From an uncultured Rhodospirillaceae bacterium (GTDB taxonomy: Bacteria; Pseudomonadota; Alphaproteobacteria; UBA8366; GCA-2717185): DNA of 64,000 nucleotides. Below are positions 47,393-56,650 of this stretch, piece after piece; position 1 is the first letter of the stretch; every line of letters begins with the position of its first letter. The notes under the pieces are model-generated. The model worked only from the letters and a program-made list of their open reading frames with translations, ran no database searches and was not told where the DNA came from. Location: the NCBI GenBank assembly GCA_964474755.1, contig CAYYUG010000008.1:13360-77359 (forward strand), read 5' to 3'. The position numbers and the translations under genes are program-made.

Positions 47393-49714
47393 CTAATTAG
47401 GCTGTGCCGCGTCTATCGCCTTCCACACTCTGTCCGAGGTGGCTGGCATTTCTAAATGCTCGATGCCGAGCGGGGATAGCGCGTTGTTGATCGCATTCAT
47501 AACCGCAGCTAACGCACCAACAGTCCCTGCCTCACCAACGCCCTTCACACCCAACGGGTTGGTCGCCGTCGGCACCGGATGCGCAGCCACATCGTAGTCG
47601 CACAGATCGCCTGCACGCGGCATGCTGTAATCCATAAAGGAACCGCTCAGAAGCTGCCCACTCCCCCGCTCATAAACCATATTCTCCATCAAGGCTTGAC
47701 CGACACCCTGCGCAATACCGCCATGCACCTGCCCTTTCACCAGTAGCGGGTTCAGCTCGGTGCCGCAATCATCGACGACCGAATAGCGGTCGAGGGAAAT
47801 TTCCCCCGTCCCCGGCGTAATTTCCACCTCGACGATGTGACAACCATTCGGAAAATTTTCGACCTCCGGCGCGTAGCTCGCCAATTCGGCCAGTGTCGGC
47901 TCGATGCTCGCCGGCAAATTTAATGGATCAAAAGCGAGAGCCGCCACGTCCAGGAACGGCATTGTTCGGTCTGTTCCTGCGATAGTGAACTGGCCCTCTT
48001 CAAAGGAAACGTCCGCTTCTGCTACTTCCATCGCATGCGCCGCGATCTTTTTGGTTTTACTGATCACCTTTTCCATTGCGCACAACACAGCTGCTGACCC
48101 GATCGTCGCCGTTCGTGATCCACCGGTGCCGGTGCCGAAGGATACAGCATCCGTATCGCCCTCGATCACGCGTACACGGTCCGGGTCCAGGCCCAACGTG
48201 CCGCAGACGATCTGCTTATATATTGTCTCGTGTCCCTGGCCGTGTGGCGTGGTTCCGATCAGAATTGTGGCATCGCCCGATGGATCGAAACGCAGCTCCG
48301 CCGTCTCCAGCTGTGCCGCTGCTGCGCGCTCGATGGTGCAGGACACCCCGATGCCGCGGAGCCTGCCCAACGCCTCGGACTGCAATCGGCGTTTTGCGAA
48401 CCCATCGTAGTCTGCTTTCGCGAGCGTCTTGTCCAGAACTGCTTCGAACTCCCCGCAATCGTATGTGAAGGTAAGCGGTGTCTCGTATGGAAGCTGATCC
48501 GTCGGAATTATGTTGCGCCGGCGCAGTTCGACTGGATCGATACCTAAACGACCGGCCGCGATATCGATCGTCCGCTCCAAAATGTAGGAGGCCTCCGGCC
48601 GTCCTGCACCGCGATAGGGCGAAGTCGGCGAGGTGTTGGTCATTACGGCCGAGACTGCGACGTGCATCGCCGGTGTCGTATAGACCCCCGCCAGTCCGCC
48701 AACATTGCCCGTCGGCGCCCCCATCCCAAGAAAGGCGACATAGCCGCCCAGCGCTGCACTCGTCTCAACGCCCAGTGCTAAGAACTTACCTTCCCCATCA
48801 AGTGCCAGAGTTACATTGCTAACATTGTCGCGAGCGTGATCATCGGCGGGGAACCCTTCGCTTCGCTCGCAAAGCCATTTAACAGGCCGGCCTAGGCGCT
48901 TAGCGGCCCAGGCGACCAGCGGAACCTCCGGATAAATCGCGCCCTTCATCCCGAAGGAGCCGCCGAGATCGCCAGTTACAAAGCGGATCTGGCTTTCACG
49001 CACATGGAATAGGTTCTTTGCCAAGGTAGCTCGCCAAGCATATGGACGCTGCACTCCTGTATAAATGGTGTAGCGCTCAGTACCCGGATCCCATTCTGCA
49101 AGCGCGCCGCGCGGCTCCATCGTATTCGCCGTAATCCGATTGATGACGTAGCGCTGTCGCACCACATGTGCCGCACTAGCGACCGCCGCATCAACCGCCT
49201 GCTTATCGCCAACCTGATAATAGAATGCCTCGTTGTCAGGACAATCGTCCCAGATCGCCAGAGTTTGGAGCGCGTCCTCGGTCACGACATTAACCGGCAG
49301 CAGTTCGTAATCAACCAAAACTGCCTCCGCCGCATCCTTCGCCTGATCAACAGTCTGAGCAACGACCATAGCCACAATTTGCCCCACATGCCGGACCCGA
49401 TCCAAAGTCAAGGCTGGGCGTGGCGGCCGATACATTGCGGACCCGTCACGCCTTTTGAAAGGTGTCGGCCCCGTGATCCAGCCCAGCCCATCCGCCTCGT
49501 AGTCGGCACCGGTCATTATCGCCAGCACGCCTGGCATTATCGACGCTTCACTGATTTCAATCATTTTGATCGTCGCGTGGGCGTGCGGCGATCGCACCAT
49601 ATAGGCATACGCCTGGTTCGGCTGGTTGAAATCATCCACGTAGTTGCCGGTCCCGCGCAGTAGGCGCGGGTCCTCGGTGCGCGGCACCGCCTGACCAACG
49701 GCGTACTTCGTCAT
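47393..49714 (-). CDS. Xanthine dehydrogenase family molybdopterin-binding large subunit (CoxL form II-like)
   Basis: 773-aa ORF. The N-terminus is VGQAVPRTEDPRLLRGTGNYVDD. The active-site loop is TSPYRGAGRPE (AYRGAGR type, not the AYxCSFR of true CO dehydrogenases). No adjacent FAD or 2Fe-2S subunit genes. Confidence 0.85.
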   Translation of the reverse strand: MTKYAVGQAVPRTEDPRLLRGTGNYVDDFNQPNQAYAYMVRSPHAHATIKMIEISEASIMPGVLAIMTGADYEADGLGWITGPTPFKRRDGSAMYRPPRPALTLDRVRHVGQIVAMVVAQTVDQAKDAAEAVLVDYELLPVNVVTEDALQTLAIWDDCPDNEAFYYQVGDKQAVDAAVASAAHVVRQRYVINRITANTMEPRGALAEWDPGTERYTIYTGVQRPYAWRATLAKNLFHVRESQIRFVTGDLGGSFGMKGAIYPEVPLVAWAAKRLGRPVKWLCERSEGFPADDHARDNVSNVTLALDGEGKFLALGVETSAALGGYVAFLGMGAPTGNVGGLAGVYTTPAMHVAVSAVMTNTSPTSPYRGAGRPEASYILERTIDIAAGRLGIDPVELRRRNIIPTDQLPYETPLTFTYDCGEFEAVLDKTLAKADYDGFAKRRLQSEALGRLRGIGVSCTIERAAAAQLETAELRFDPSGDATILIGTTPHGQGHETIYKQIVCGTLGLDPDRVRVIEGDTDAVSFGTGTGGSRTATIGSAAVLCAMEKVISKTKKIAAHAMEVAEADVSFEEGQFTIAGTDRTMPFLDVAALAFDPLNLPASIEPTLAELASYAPEVENFPNGCHIVEVEITPGTGEISLDRYSVVDDCGTELNPLLVKGQVHGGIAQGVGQALMENMVYERGSGQLLSGSFMDYSMPRAGDLCDYDVAAHPVPTATNPLGVKGVGEAGTVGALAAVMNAINNALSPLGIEHLEMPATSDRVWKAIDAAQPN

Positions 49715-49739
49715 TTTGCAGTTCCCTTATTTGGTGAGC

Positions 49740-50486
49740 TTACCCTTCCATGACCCCCGCGATGGTGAAACCGCCATCGGCATAGAATACATGGCCCGTC
49801 GTAAAACTGCATTCGTCGGAAGCAAGAAACGCCGCAACCGATGCGATCTCCTTTGTAGTCCCGTAACGCTTCAATGGCATGCGGTTCTGCGCGCTAGCCA
49901 TCAATTCACCCTGAACCTCCGGCCGGGTCAGGGTCGGGCCAGGTCCGACCGCATTGACTAAGATGCCGTGCTCAGCAAGCTCAATCGCCATCGTTTGAGT
50001 CAGGTTAATGACACCGGCCTTGCTAGCACCATAAGCCGCTCGACCACGGCCACCGAATACGCCGGAGTTGGATGCGACATTGACAATCCTGCCTCCATTC
50101 CCCTGCACTACCATCTGCCTCGCCGCCAACTGCCCACACAGAAAAGTCCCACGCAGATTGATACCAGAAACCTTTTCCCAATGGCTATCGGAAGCCTCGA
50201 GGAATGGTTCGCGATCCATCACACCGGCGCTACAAACCAGAATATCGAGCCGCGACCAGCGCGACACAGCATCGTCGACCGCACGTTGCACATCATCACG
50301 CCGGGCTACATCAATCGCGCATAACGCGGCGCAATCTCCCATCTCAGCAACTAGAGCAGCCACTCGATCTGCATCGATATCACAGACCAAAACTTTGGCA
50401 CCTTCAGTAGCCAAACGCGTTGCTATCGCCGCGCCGATCCCGTGGCCGGCACCTGTGACCATTGCAGTTTTGCCTTGGAAGCGCAT
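49740..50486 (-). CDS. SDR family oxidoreductase
   Basis: 248-aa ORF with TAMVTGAGHGIGAAIA, a CSAGV variant of NNAG and YGASKAG. Confidence 0.85.
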   Translation of the reverse strand: MRFQGKTAMVTGAGHGIGAAIATRLATEGAKVLVCDIDADRVAALVAEMGDCAALCAIDVARRDDVQRAVDDAVSRWSRLDILVCSAGVMDREPFLEASDSHWEKVSGINLRGTFLCGQLAARQMVVQGNGGRIVNVASNSGVFGGRGRAAYGASKAGVINLTQTMAIELAEHGILVNAVGPGPTLTRPEVQGELMASAQNRMPLKRYGTTKEIASVAAFLASDECSFTTGHVFYADGGFTIAGVMEG

Positions 50487-50494
50487 GGATCCGC

Positions 50495-51367
50495 TCAGCT
50501 TGCCCAGGCCGCTAGCGGCCGCGCCTCGTCCTGCACCTGGGTCCTATGCATATGGCGCCGCGTTGTCGGGTCGAGGGCATTGCGGCGATGCAGAGCGCAA
50601 CGATTGTCCCAGATTACCAAATCGCCAACCCGCCAGTTCTGCGTCCAGTGGTGCGGCCCGTTGTTGATGTGATCCCATAGCGCATCGAGCAGCGCATCTC
50701 CTTCTTCGACATGCAAATCCGGCACAAAAGCGTTCGGCCGGCGGCCGAGGAACAAGGCAGGCTTTCTTGTTGCCGGATGACGAATGACGAACGGATGAAC
50801 CGCGCCCGGACGTTCTTCATGGCTGTAGGTTTCGTCATAACCGTGCCGCAAGTCGCCTGAAGAGGTGCGCGTCGCGTCATGTTTACAGGCAAGACCTTGA
50901 ATTCGCTGCCGCAAATCATCCGGCAGCGTCGCGTAGGCCTTGTACATGTTATAGAATGAGGTGTCCCCACCAGTATCCGGCACCTCCCTCGCGTGCAGCA
51001 AACTCGCCTTCGGAGGGATATCGTTGTAGGTCATGTCCTGGTGCCATACGAGTTCCGAATTGCCCAGTGCACCAAGCTCCATACCATCTTCGACAATGTT
51101 GGAAAGCACCGTGATCTCAGGCCGCGACGGATTGTACGGCGCACCTCCCTTCCCGGTTGGTGCCATGTCGAGGATGCCAAACCGAGCACTGAATTCCGCC
51201 AGACTGTCGTCGTCAAGTTGCTGGCCGCGAAACCGCAGTATTAGATTGTCGTGCCAGGCATCCTCGATCATTTTGAAGGTGGTATCGTCGATATCCCGCA
51301 GATCGACCCCTTCGACATCGGCACCCAAAGCGGCACCGGTCGGAACGATAGTGAGCATTTTGGACAT
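50495..51367 (-). CDS. TauD/TfdA family Fe(II)/2-oxoglutarate dioxygenase
   Basis: ORF 50495..51394. The ATG at 51367 is preceded by AAGGAGG. It has an H-x-D motif in LVWHQDMTYNDIPPKASLLHAREVPDTGGDTSFYN and C-terminal WDNRCALHRR. Confidence 0.85.
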   Translation of the reverse strand: MSKMLTIVPTGAALGADVEGVDLRDIDDTTFKMIEDAWHDNLILRFRGQQLDDDSLAEFSARFGILDMAPTGKGGAPYNPSRPEITVLSNIVEDGMELGALGNSELVWHQDMTYNDIPPKASLLHAREVPDTGGDTSFYNMYKAYATLPDDLRQRIQGLACKHDATRTSSGDLRHGYDETYSHEERPGAVHPFVIRHPATRKPALFLGRRPNAFVPDLHVEEGDALLDALWDHINNGPHHWTQNWRVGDLVIWDNRCALHRRNALDPTTRRHMHRTQVQDEARPLAAWAS

Positions 51368-51390
51368 GGAACCTCCTTTAGTTCTAACTT

Positions 51391-52236
51391 TCAATCGGTC
51401 GGCAACGCATCGCGCAATAGGGTACCAAACACAACCATTTCAGGGCTCGTGCCCCTATAGGTCCGAATCGCAGAGACAATCGCCTTCCCCTGGGCCATCG
51501 TCGGCGGTGCATAGCCCTTAGGCACAGGCGGCAGCCTCGCAATAATACCATCCGCGGCCGCGATAATCTCCTCCGCAATCGACGCCCGCGCACGCTTTGC
51601 GTTGACATTGTGGAGAAGTGGTGCGATCAACGTCGCCGCATGTGCCAGATATCCCGGCCAATCGGATAACAGGCGATACAGGCCCGGCACGAATGGCTTG
51701 CCACCTATTTCCGATTTCATCTGCATCAGGACAGCTGCAATATCAGGCGGGGCAGCGGCGATATCTGCCATCATTGGCATCGGCGTCAGCATCGCCGGAG
51801 GTGCCCAGGGAGTCTGTGACATACCCGCGCCACCCGGCTCAGAGCCATCAATTAGACGTTCTACGATGCCGGCGAACAGCAAATTAATCGGCGAAACCCT
51901 TACAAAATTTTCACAGATATTGCGGATTGCCAGTACCCCATCAACATCAACGCCAAGTAGGCGCAACGCCGCGTCCGAGAGCGATGGAAAGGGGGCAATA
52001 TCGAGCATCTTCACCCGCTGCCAGGCGGTCTCCGGGATCGAGCCATCTAGGAAAGCCGGTCTGCACGCAGCCCAGGCATATTCCAGGCAACCAGGCATGG
52101 TTGCCACGTGTCGTTGCAGCGACGAAACATAGGGAACACCGCTATAAACCCTAATCTCTTCATAGATCCGTGCGTGTTCACCCCTTGCCGCCGATTCCGG
52201 CAGTTCGGCCATAGTCGTATAAGCTGATGCATTCAT
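51391..52236 (-). CDS. DehI-family (group I alpha-haloacid dehalogenase-like) protein
   Basis: 281-aa ORF. ARIYEEIRVYSGVPYVSSLQRHVATMPGCLEYAWA parallels the N-terminal STYEDIR...VPWV...ATFPGYLPLAW block I recall from Pseudomonas DehI. A second pseudo-repeat is present. Confidence 0.55.
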   Translation of the reverse strand: MNASAYTTMAELPESAARGEHARIYEEIRVYSGVPYVSSLQRHVATMPGCLEYAWAACRPAFLDGSIPETAWQRVKMLDIAPFPSLSDAALRLLGVDVDGVLAIRNICENFVRVSPINLLFAGIVERLIDGSEPGGAGMSQTPWAPPAMLTPMPMMADIAAAPPDIAAVLMQMKSEIGGKPFVPGLYRLLSDWPGYLAHAATLIAPLLHNVNAKRARASIAEEIIAAADGIIARLPPVPKGYAPPTMAQGKAIVSAIRTYRGTSPEMVVFGTLLRDALPTD

Positions 52237-52332
52237 TCTGTCACGTCCTCGACAATCTACTGCAATTCTTGCATTAGCAATTGTCGGTTTCAGGAAGCAG
52301 TATGCGCCGCAACGCCGAAAAGAGAAAAGCCT

Positions 52333-52989
52333 ATGCCCCGAATTTCCCTAATTCATGCCGTGCCTGTTGCTATTGATCCGGTAGTCGAAACCTTCCAGTT
52401 GGAATGGCCCGAAGCGGAGGTGTACAGCCTACTAGAAAACTCTTTACCCAACGATCTACAAAACACCGGCAAAATCGACAATGCCATGATAAAACGCTTC
52501 AAGAGGCTCGCTGACTACGCAGCCGATACTGGAGCAGACGGAATCCTATTTACGTGCTCCGCGTTTGGAATAGCGATTGAGGCGGCTGCAGCAGCACACG
52601 CACCGCTTCCGGTTCTCAAACCTAACGAAGCCATGTTCGAAGAAGCAATGAGTATGGGCGGTCGCATTGGCATGATCGCAACTTTCCAACCCAGTATCCC
52701 ATCAATGGCCCAGGAATTCGATGAGATGGCAGCGGCTGCCCGATCATTGGCAAAGCTTGAAACCACCTGCGTCCCGGAAGCAATGACAGCCTTGCTCGAT
52801 GGGGACACGGAGACCCATAACCGCTTGGTCGCAGGCGCCGTCGACCAACTTGCCGATACCGATGTGCTGCTCTTAGCACAATTCTCTACCGCACAAGCCC
52901 ATGCGGCTGTCAAAGTCCGGTACAACAAACCGATTTTAACTAGCCCCGGCAGTGCTGTGCGCAAATTGCGCGAATTGCTCGGCAGCTAG
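52333..52989 (+). CDS. Asp/Glu/hydantoin racemase family protein (arylmalonate decarboxylase-like)
   Basis: 218-aa ORF with MPRISLIHAVPVAIDPV and GADGILFTCSAFG (Cys-containing motif), and size typical of this family. Confidence 0.65.
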   Translation: MPRISLIHAVPVAIDPVVETFQLEWPEAEVYSLLENSLPNDLQNTGKIDNAMIKRFKRLADYAADTGADGILFTCSAFGIAIEAAAAAHAPLPVLKPNEAMFEEAMSMGGRIGMIATFQPSIPSMAQEFDEMAAAARSLAKLETTCVPEAMTALLDGDTETHNRLVAGAVDQLADTDVLLLAQFSTAQAHAAVKVRYNKPILTSPGSAVRKLRELLGS

Positions 52990-53240
52990 GACTGCGCATC
53001 AACGGCGCGACCCAGCGATTGACTTTCGATAACATTGACAGAGAGCCCGCCATTACCTTTGGACACGCACTATTCTTTGAACTGCATAGTTGAAACCCGA
53101 GAGTAGGTCATCGACACGCATAAGGGTATTATCGAAACTACCCTCGCCTCCCAAACGCCTAAACACCAGATGTTTTCGATGCGATTCCTTATAGTTTCCT
53201 GTTCAATATTCACTGAGACGGTAACTATGAGACTACAAAG

Positions 53241-53278
53241 CAAAAGGGCCGGCCACAGGGCCGACCCTCTTTAATTTT
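53241..53278. terminator. Bidirectional rho-independent terminator
   Basis: AGGGCCGGCC (53245..53254) pairs with GGCCGACCCT (53259..53268), with 9 of 10 positions paired and loop ACAG. It is followed by CTTTAATTTT on the plus strand and by TTTTGCTTTG on the minus strand. It lies 21 nt downstream of the stop of the minus-strand SDR gene (53289). Confidence 0.65.
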
Positions 53279-53288
53279 GAACAACAAA

Positions 53289-54218
53289 CTAGTTCATCGG
53301 CAAGCCCGGATGCACATCGCGCGAGTTAGCAATGTCAAAAAATTGCGGAGCCAAAGCCGGCATCGCACTTTCGGCGATAAGTTCCGGCGTCCACCCACCA
53401 CCATGATGTACCATGCGCGTCGGCCGCGGCTGTCCGTAGAGCGACAGTTCGCCTCCCCGCTGGTGGAATATTTGACCGGTGACATGACCCGCGCCTTCCG
53501 ACGCTAGAAAGGTGATCAACGAGGCGATCGCATCAGCTGGGCTCCGCGTCAAACGCTCCTCCCGCATCTTGGCTGCGTCCGGATCCTTCGGTGTAGGAAC
53601 CGAGCGGGTCATGCGGGTGTCGGCCGAAGGGCAGATCACGTTGCTAGTTACATTCTTGTTCTTACTTTCCATCGCAACGATGCGCGACAAGCCGACAATG
53701 CCCATCTTTGCCGCCCCATAATTCGCCTGGCCGATATTACCGAGCAGGCCAGAGGTCGAACTGCACATAATAATGCGGCCATATTCCTGCTCACGGAATA
53801 GATTGATCGCCGACCTATTGACGTTGAAATGACCGGTCAGATGTACGTCGATCACGTCCTGCCAATCGTCCGGTGACATCTTGTGGAACATGCGGTCCCG
53901 CAAAATTCCAGCAGGATTGAAGATGATGTGCAGACCGCCAAGTTCGTCTCGTGCCTGCTGCACCATGCCAAGGCAATCTTCGTAGCTGGCCACTGAGCCG
54001 AAATTCGGCGCAGCCTCGCCGCCACCGGCCTTAATGATGTTGGCAATTTCTTCCGCGGGGCCCTGCTCTCCACCCTCGCCGCCGCCGCCGACGCCCGGAT
54101 CATTGACCAGTACCTTGGCCCCATTGGCGGCAAACATTTTGGCAACTTCAGCACCTACGCCCCGGCCACCTCCTGCTACGATCGCCACGCGACCATCCAG
54201 CATGCCCATTTTTTGCAT
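53289..54218 (-). CDS. SDR family oxidoreductase (MFE-2/Rv0148-type), paralogue of 43765..44664
   Basis: 309-aa ORF with GRVAIVAGGGRGVGAEVA, NPAGILRD and YGAAKMG. It shares a Gly-rich insertion with the paralogue. Confidence 0.8.
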   Translation of the reverse strand: MQKMGMLDGRVAIVAGGGRGVGAEVAKMFAANGAKVLVNDPGVGGGGEGGEQGPAEEIANIIKAGGGEAAPNFGSVASYEDCLGMVQQARDELGGLHIIFNPAGILRDRMFHKMSPDDWQDVIDVHLTGHFNVNRSAINLFREQEYGRIIMCSSTSGLLGNIGQANYGAAKMGIVGLSRIVAMESKNKNVTSNVICPSADTRMTRSVPTPKDPDAAKMREERLTRSPADAIASLITFLASEGAGHVTGQIFHQRGGELSLYGQPRPTRMVHHGGGWTPELIAESAMPALAPQFFDIANSRDVHPGLPMN

Positions 54219-54394
54219 TCCTCCTGTGAAATATCGAATTATCTGTTTAACTTAGGCCTCCAGGGTGCGTTTGCACCCCGATCCTGTCAACTAACCGCGC
54301 CCACGTTATCGATCAATAACAGAGCCCGCTACAGGCTGCCTAGGGTCTGCTCGCCCTGTTGAATGTGCGCCGCGACCGTTGCATGAACGTGGAT

Positions 54395-54634
54395 CTAATC
54401 GTCCTTCCGCCTGAAGCCATCAACAGAACCGGTAATGGCCAACGTGTCGCCACAGAAATCAAGACGCAGGAACTTGGCGTCAATGCGGCCGCCGACTAGG
54501 AATCCTTCGTCAACCGATTGTGTAATCAAAATGAATACACAGGCTTTGCCCATCATCTCCTGAGTAATCGTCGTGCAAAGCCACTATGCCAGCGCCCAAT
54601 CTGCGTTGGTGTAAATGGTAGAGGGGACAAACTC
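54395..54634 (-). pseudogene. Possible relic of a MaoC-like hot-dog dehydratase gene (in-frame TAGs at 54584..54586 and 54635..54637)
   Basis: The minus-strand frame reads *EFVPSTIYTNADWALA*WLCTTITQEMMGKACVFILITQSVDEGFLVGGRIDAKFLRLDFCGDTLAITGSVDGFRRKDD*. The (I)(Y/H)T(N/D)...A and F..(P)(V)..GDTL spacing is reminiscent of MaoC domains. Alternatively, a free-standing 53-aa ORF at 54395..54556. Confidence 0.3.
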
Positions 54635-55621
54635 CTAAATGCGTGTCGATCTGTCGATGGGGCAGTGCACGAGTCAGGGGCATTAACGCTTATTACATCT
54701 CCAGGACACCACCACGGCCATCGGCCGTTTGAACTCAGGGTCGAAGGAGGAACCAGTGGTCTTATCGTGCCACCTACTGCCGGATAAGGGCGAGCTCTCA
54801 TTCTTAAACAGCAACTGCACGAAGCGGCCTGACAGCAACAAAATCCCATTTTGCAGCGCTGTCTAATATTCGGTGACCATGCTGCCCTTGTTCCACGCAT
54901 GTAAATTTCATTCAAAACACCCCAGTGTCCGGCCCCACACGTCGTGCCGGAGAAGGGCAGCAAACTGTCCAATCATCTGTGCATGCAACCCAGCAGGGTA
55001 ACACAGCTTTTATGTCTCAACACGAGCCCTTATTGGCCAGAATTGTCGGGTCTAAGAACCGATCGCCTCTTAACCCAGCGCAAAGAACCTTTTGATCGTA
55101 AACTTTTACTGCATAAGTAAAAGTCGCCACACCATAGGGCCGAAGCAGCCGACCGTCGAAGCGGAATAGGGCCCTAATATTCAAAATGCCTTATTAAATT
55201 CCTGGAATTCCGGCTTGCATGAGGGTTTCAGGCGAATAGGTCTGTCAGCCGGCATATGCAACCACCGCTAGAGCATAGACCAAAAACGCGGCACACTTGA
55301 GAATACTGGAAACATCGTCTTCCTTCAATTCTTGTTTTTCTTCAGATACTTATAAAATATAAATTTAACAAGTCTATACAACTTTCGCGAGCACTCCGTC
55401 CTAAAAACAATGTTCCCTCGTCAAACGTCCGACTATCTAGCGATACTGAAGCATAAATTGCGCACGATGAACCAAAGGCATAGAATATGACGTCGGAATG
55501 ATTAGAATCCGTCTGATAATGACTACCTTTTTGTAAGGCATAGGCGCCGCTCTTTTGGGCATTTTCCAAAATTTTGGCAAATAATTTCTGATGATGCATA
55601 GAACTTGATGAGTGGCTGATA

Positions 55622-56650
55622 ATGAGGCTTTTGTTGATTGGCTTAATCCTTCTTGCAGTTGTCGCTGCCGGCGGTGCTGCACTGATGGTCAAGCGCCTGT
55701 TGGACGCGCAGATTGAGCAACAAGCCCAGAATGCTGCAGAGATAAAAACGGTTGAGATTAAGGGTGTATATGTGCTTGTTGCAGACGAACGAATATCCAT
55801 CGGTACCACTCTCACAAAGGGTAAGCTCCGATGGCAAAAATGGCCGGATGATGCTTTAGAAACAATTTTTCTTTCTTCAGAAAAGCGCGACACAAATCTT
55901 ATGCAACAATTCGTTGGCAAAATAACACGGCAAAGTATAGCAGAAGGAACGCCAATAACTGACGATATGGTATTTAGTCGCGGGAAAGCTGGCTTCCTTT
56001 CCGGCATACTTGACAAAGGCTTCCGGGCTGTTTCTATAAAAGTCGATTTACAATCAGGTGTCGGCGGCTTCGTGCTGCCAGGCGACCGGGTGGATATATT
56101 AGTTACATTTGATGCGCGACAATTGACGCAGGGACTGTCTCGTTCGAACAGCGGCAATTATGACGAAGGTGTCGAAGAAAATGGCGGGCCAATTGATATT
56201 GGACCAGTCAAATACAGTACCGAAACAATTTTGCAGGGCATCCGCGTACTAGGCATTGACCAGCAGTTCAAAGAAGTCAAAGGCGAGGCCTCGGTTGCAA
56301 AATCCACAACCTTGGAAGTTTCACCAAAGCAAGCCGAAATTTTGGCAGTGGCACGTGCTATGGGAAAACTTAGTTTAACCTTACGTAGCAAGGAAAATGA
56401 TAACTCCGAATTGACTACTAAGTCTCTCACTACGGACGTTGACTTCAGCCCGACACTGCAAAATATTGTTGCCCGCATAGCTGAGGCTAAACAAAGAAAG
56501 AAGCGAGCGGATTACAAAAAAACAAAAGACCTTCCTCACTCTAAAGCCAAACCGGTTGAGATAGCACCCAAACCGGTTGAGCCAATATTAAAAGAAGTTA
56601 GAGTGATTCGTGGCGATGTTCAGTCAATTCAAAAGTTTCCTTCTAAATGA
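55622..56650 (+). CDS. cpaB: Flp pilus assembly protein CpaB (RcpC-like, SAF domain)
   Basis: 342-aa ORF with an N-terminal membrane anchor MRLLLIGLILLAVVAAGGAALMV. It contains a SAF-like region and a Lys/Pro-rich C-terminus. It is the first gene of the co-directional tad cluster. Confidence 0.8.
   Translation: MRLLLIGLILLAVVAAGGAALMVKRLLDAQIEQQAQNAAEIKTVEIKGVYVLVADERISIGTTLTKGKLRWQKWPDDALETIFLSSEKRDTNLMQQFVGKITRQSIAEGTPITDDMVFSRGKAGFLSGILDKGFRAVSIKVDLQSGVGGFVLPGDRVDILVTFDARQLTQGLSRSNSGNYDEGVEENGGPIDIGPVKYSTETILQGIRVLGIDQQFKEVKGEASVAKSTTLEVSPKQAEILAVARAMGKLSLTLRSKENDNSELTTKSLTTDVDFSPTLQNIVARIAEAKQRKKRADYKKTKDLPHSKAKPVEIAPKPVEPILKEVRVIRGDVQSIQKFPSK

Noticed and set aside
54518-54972. 89-aa (+) and 139-aa (-) ORFs in the junction region
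   Set aside because: They overlap each other on opposite strands. Both translations are low-complexity, Cys/Trp/Arg/Pro-rich and not protein-like. A different frame holds the only family-like sequence (the MaoC-like relic).
55575-55590. Sigma-54-like element TGGCAA-N5-TTCTG upstream of cpaB
   Set aside because: The -12 element lacks the conserved TTGC (it reads TTCTG), and no enhancer-binding protein is nearby. This is a weak match in AT-rich DNA.
55342-56157. 271-aa ORF on the minus strand overlapping the start of cpaB
   Set aside because: It is antisense to a well-supported cpaB gene. The translation is Ser/Cys/Arg-rich with no recognisable domain, and the upstream part lies in the AT-rich promoter region. 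This is a typical shadow ORF.
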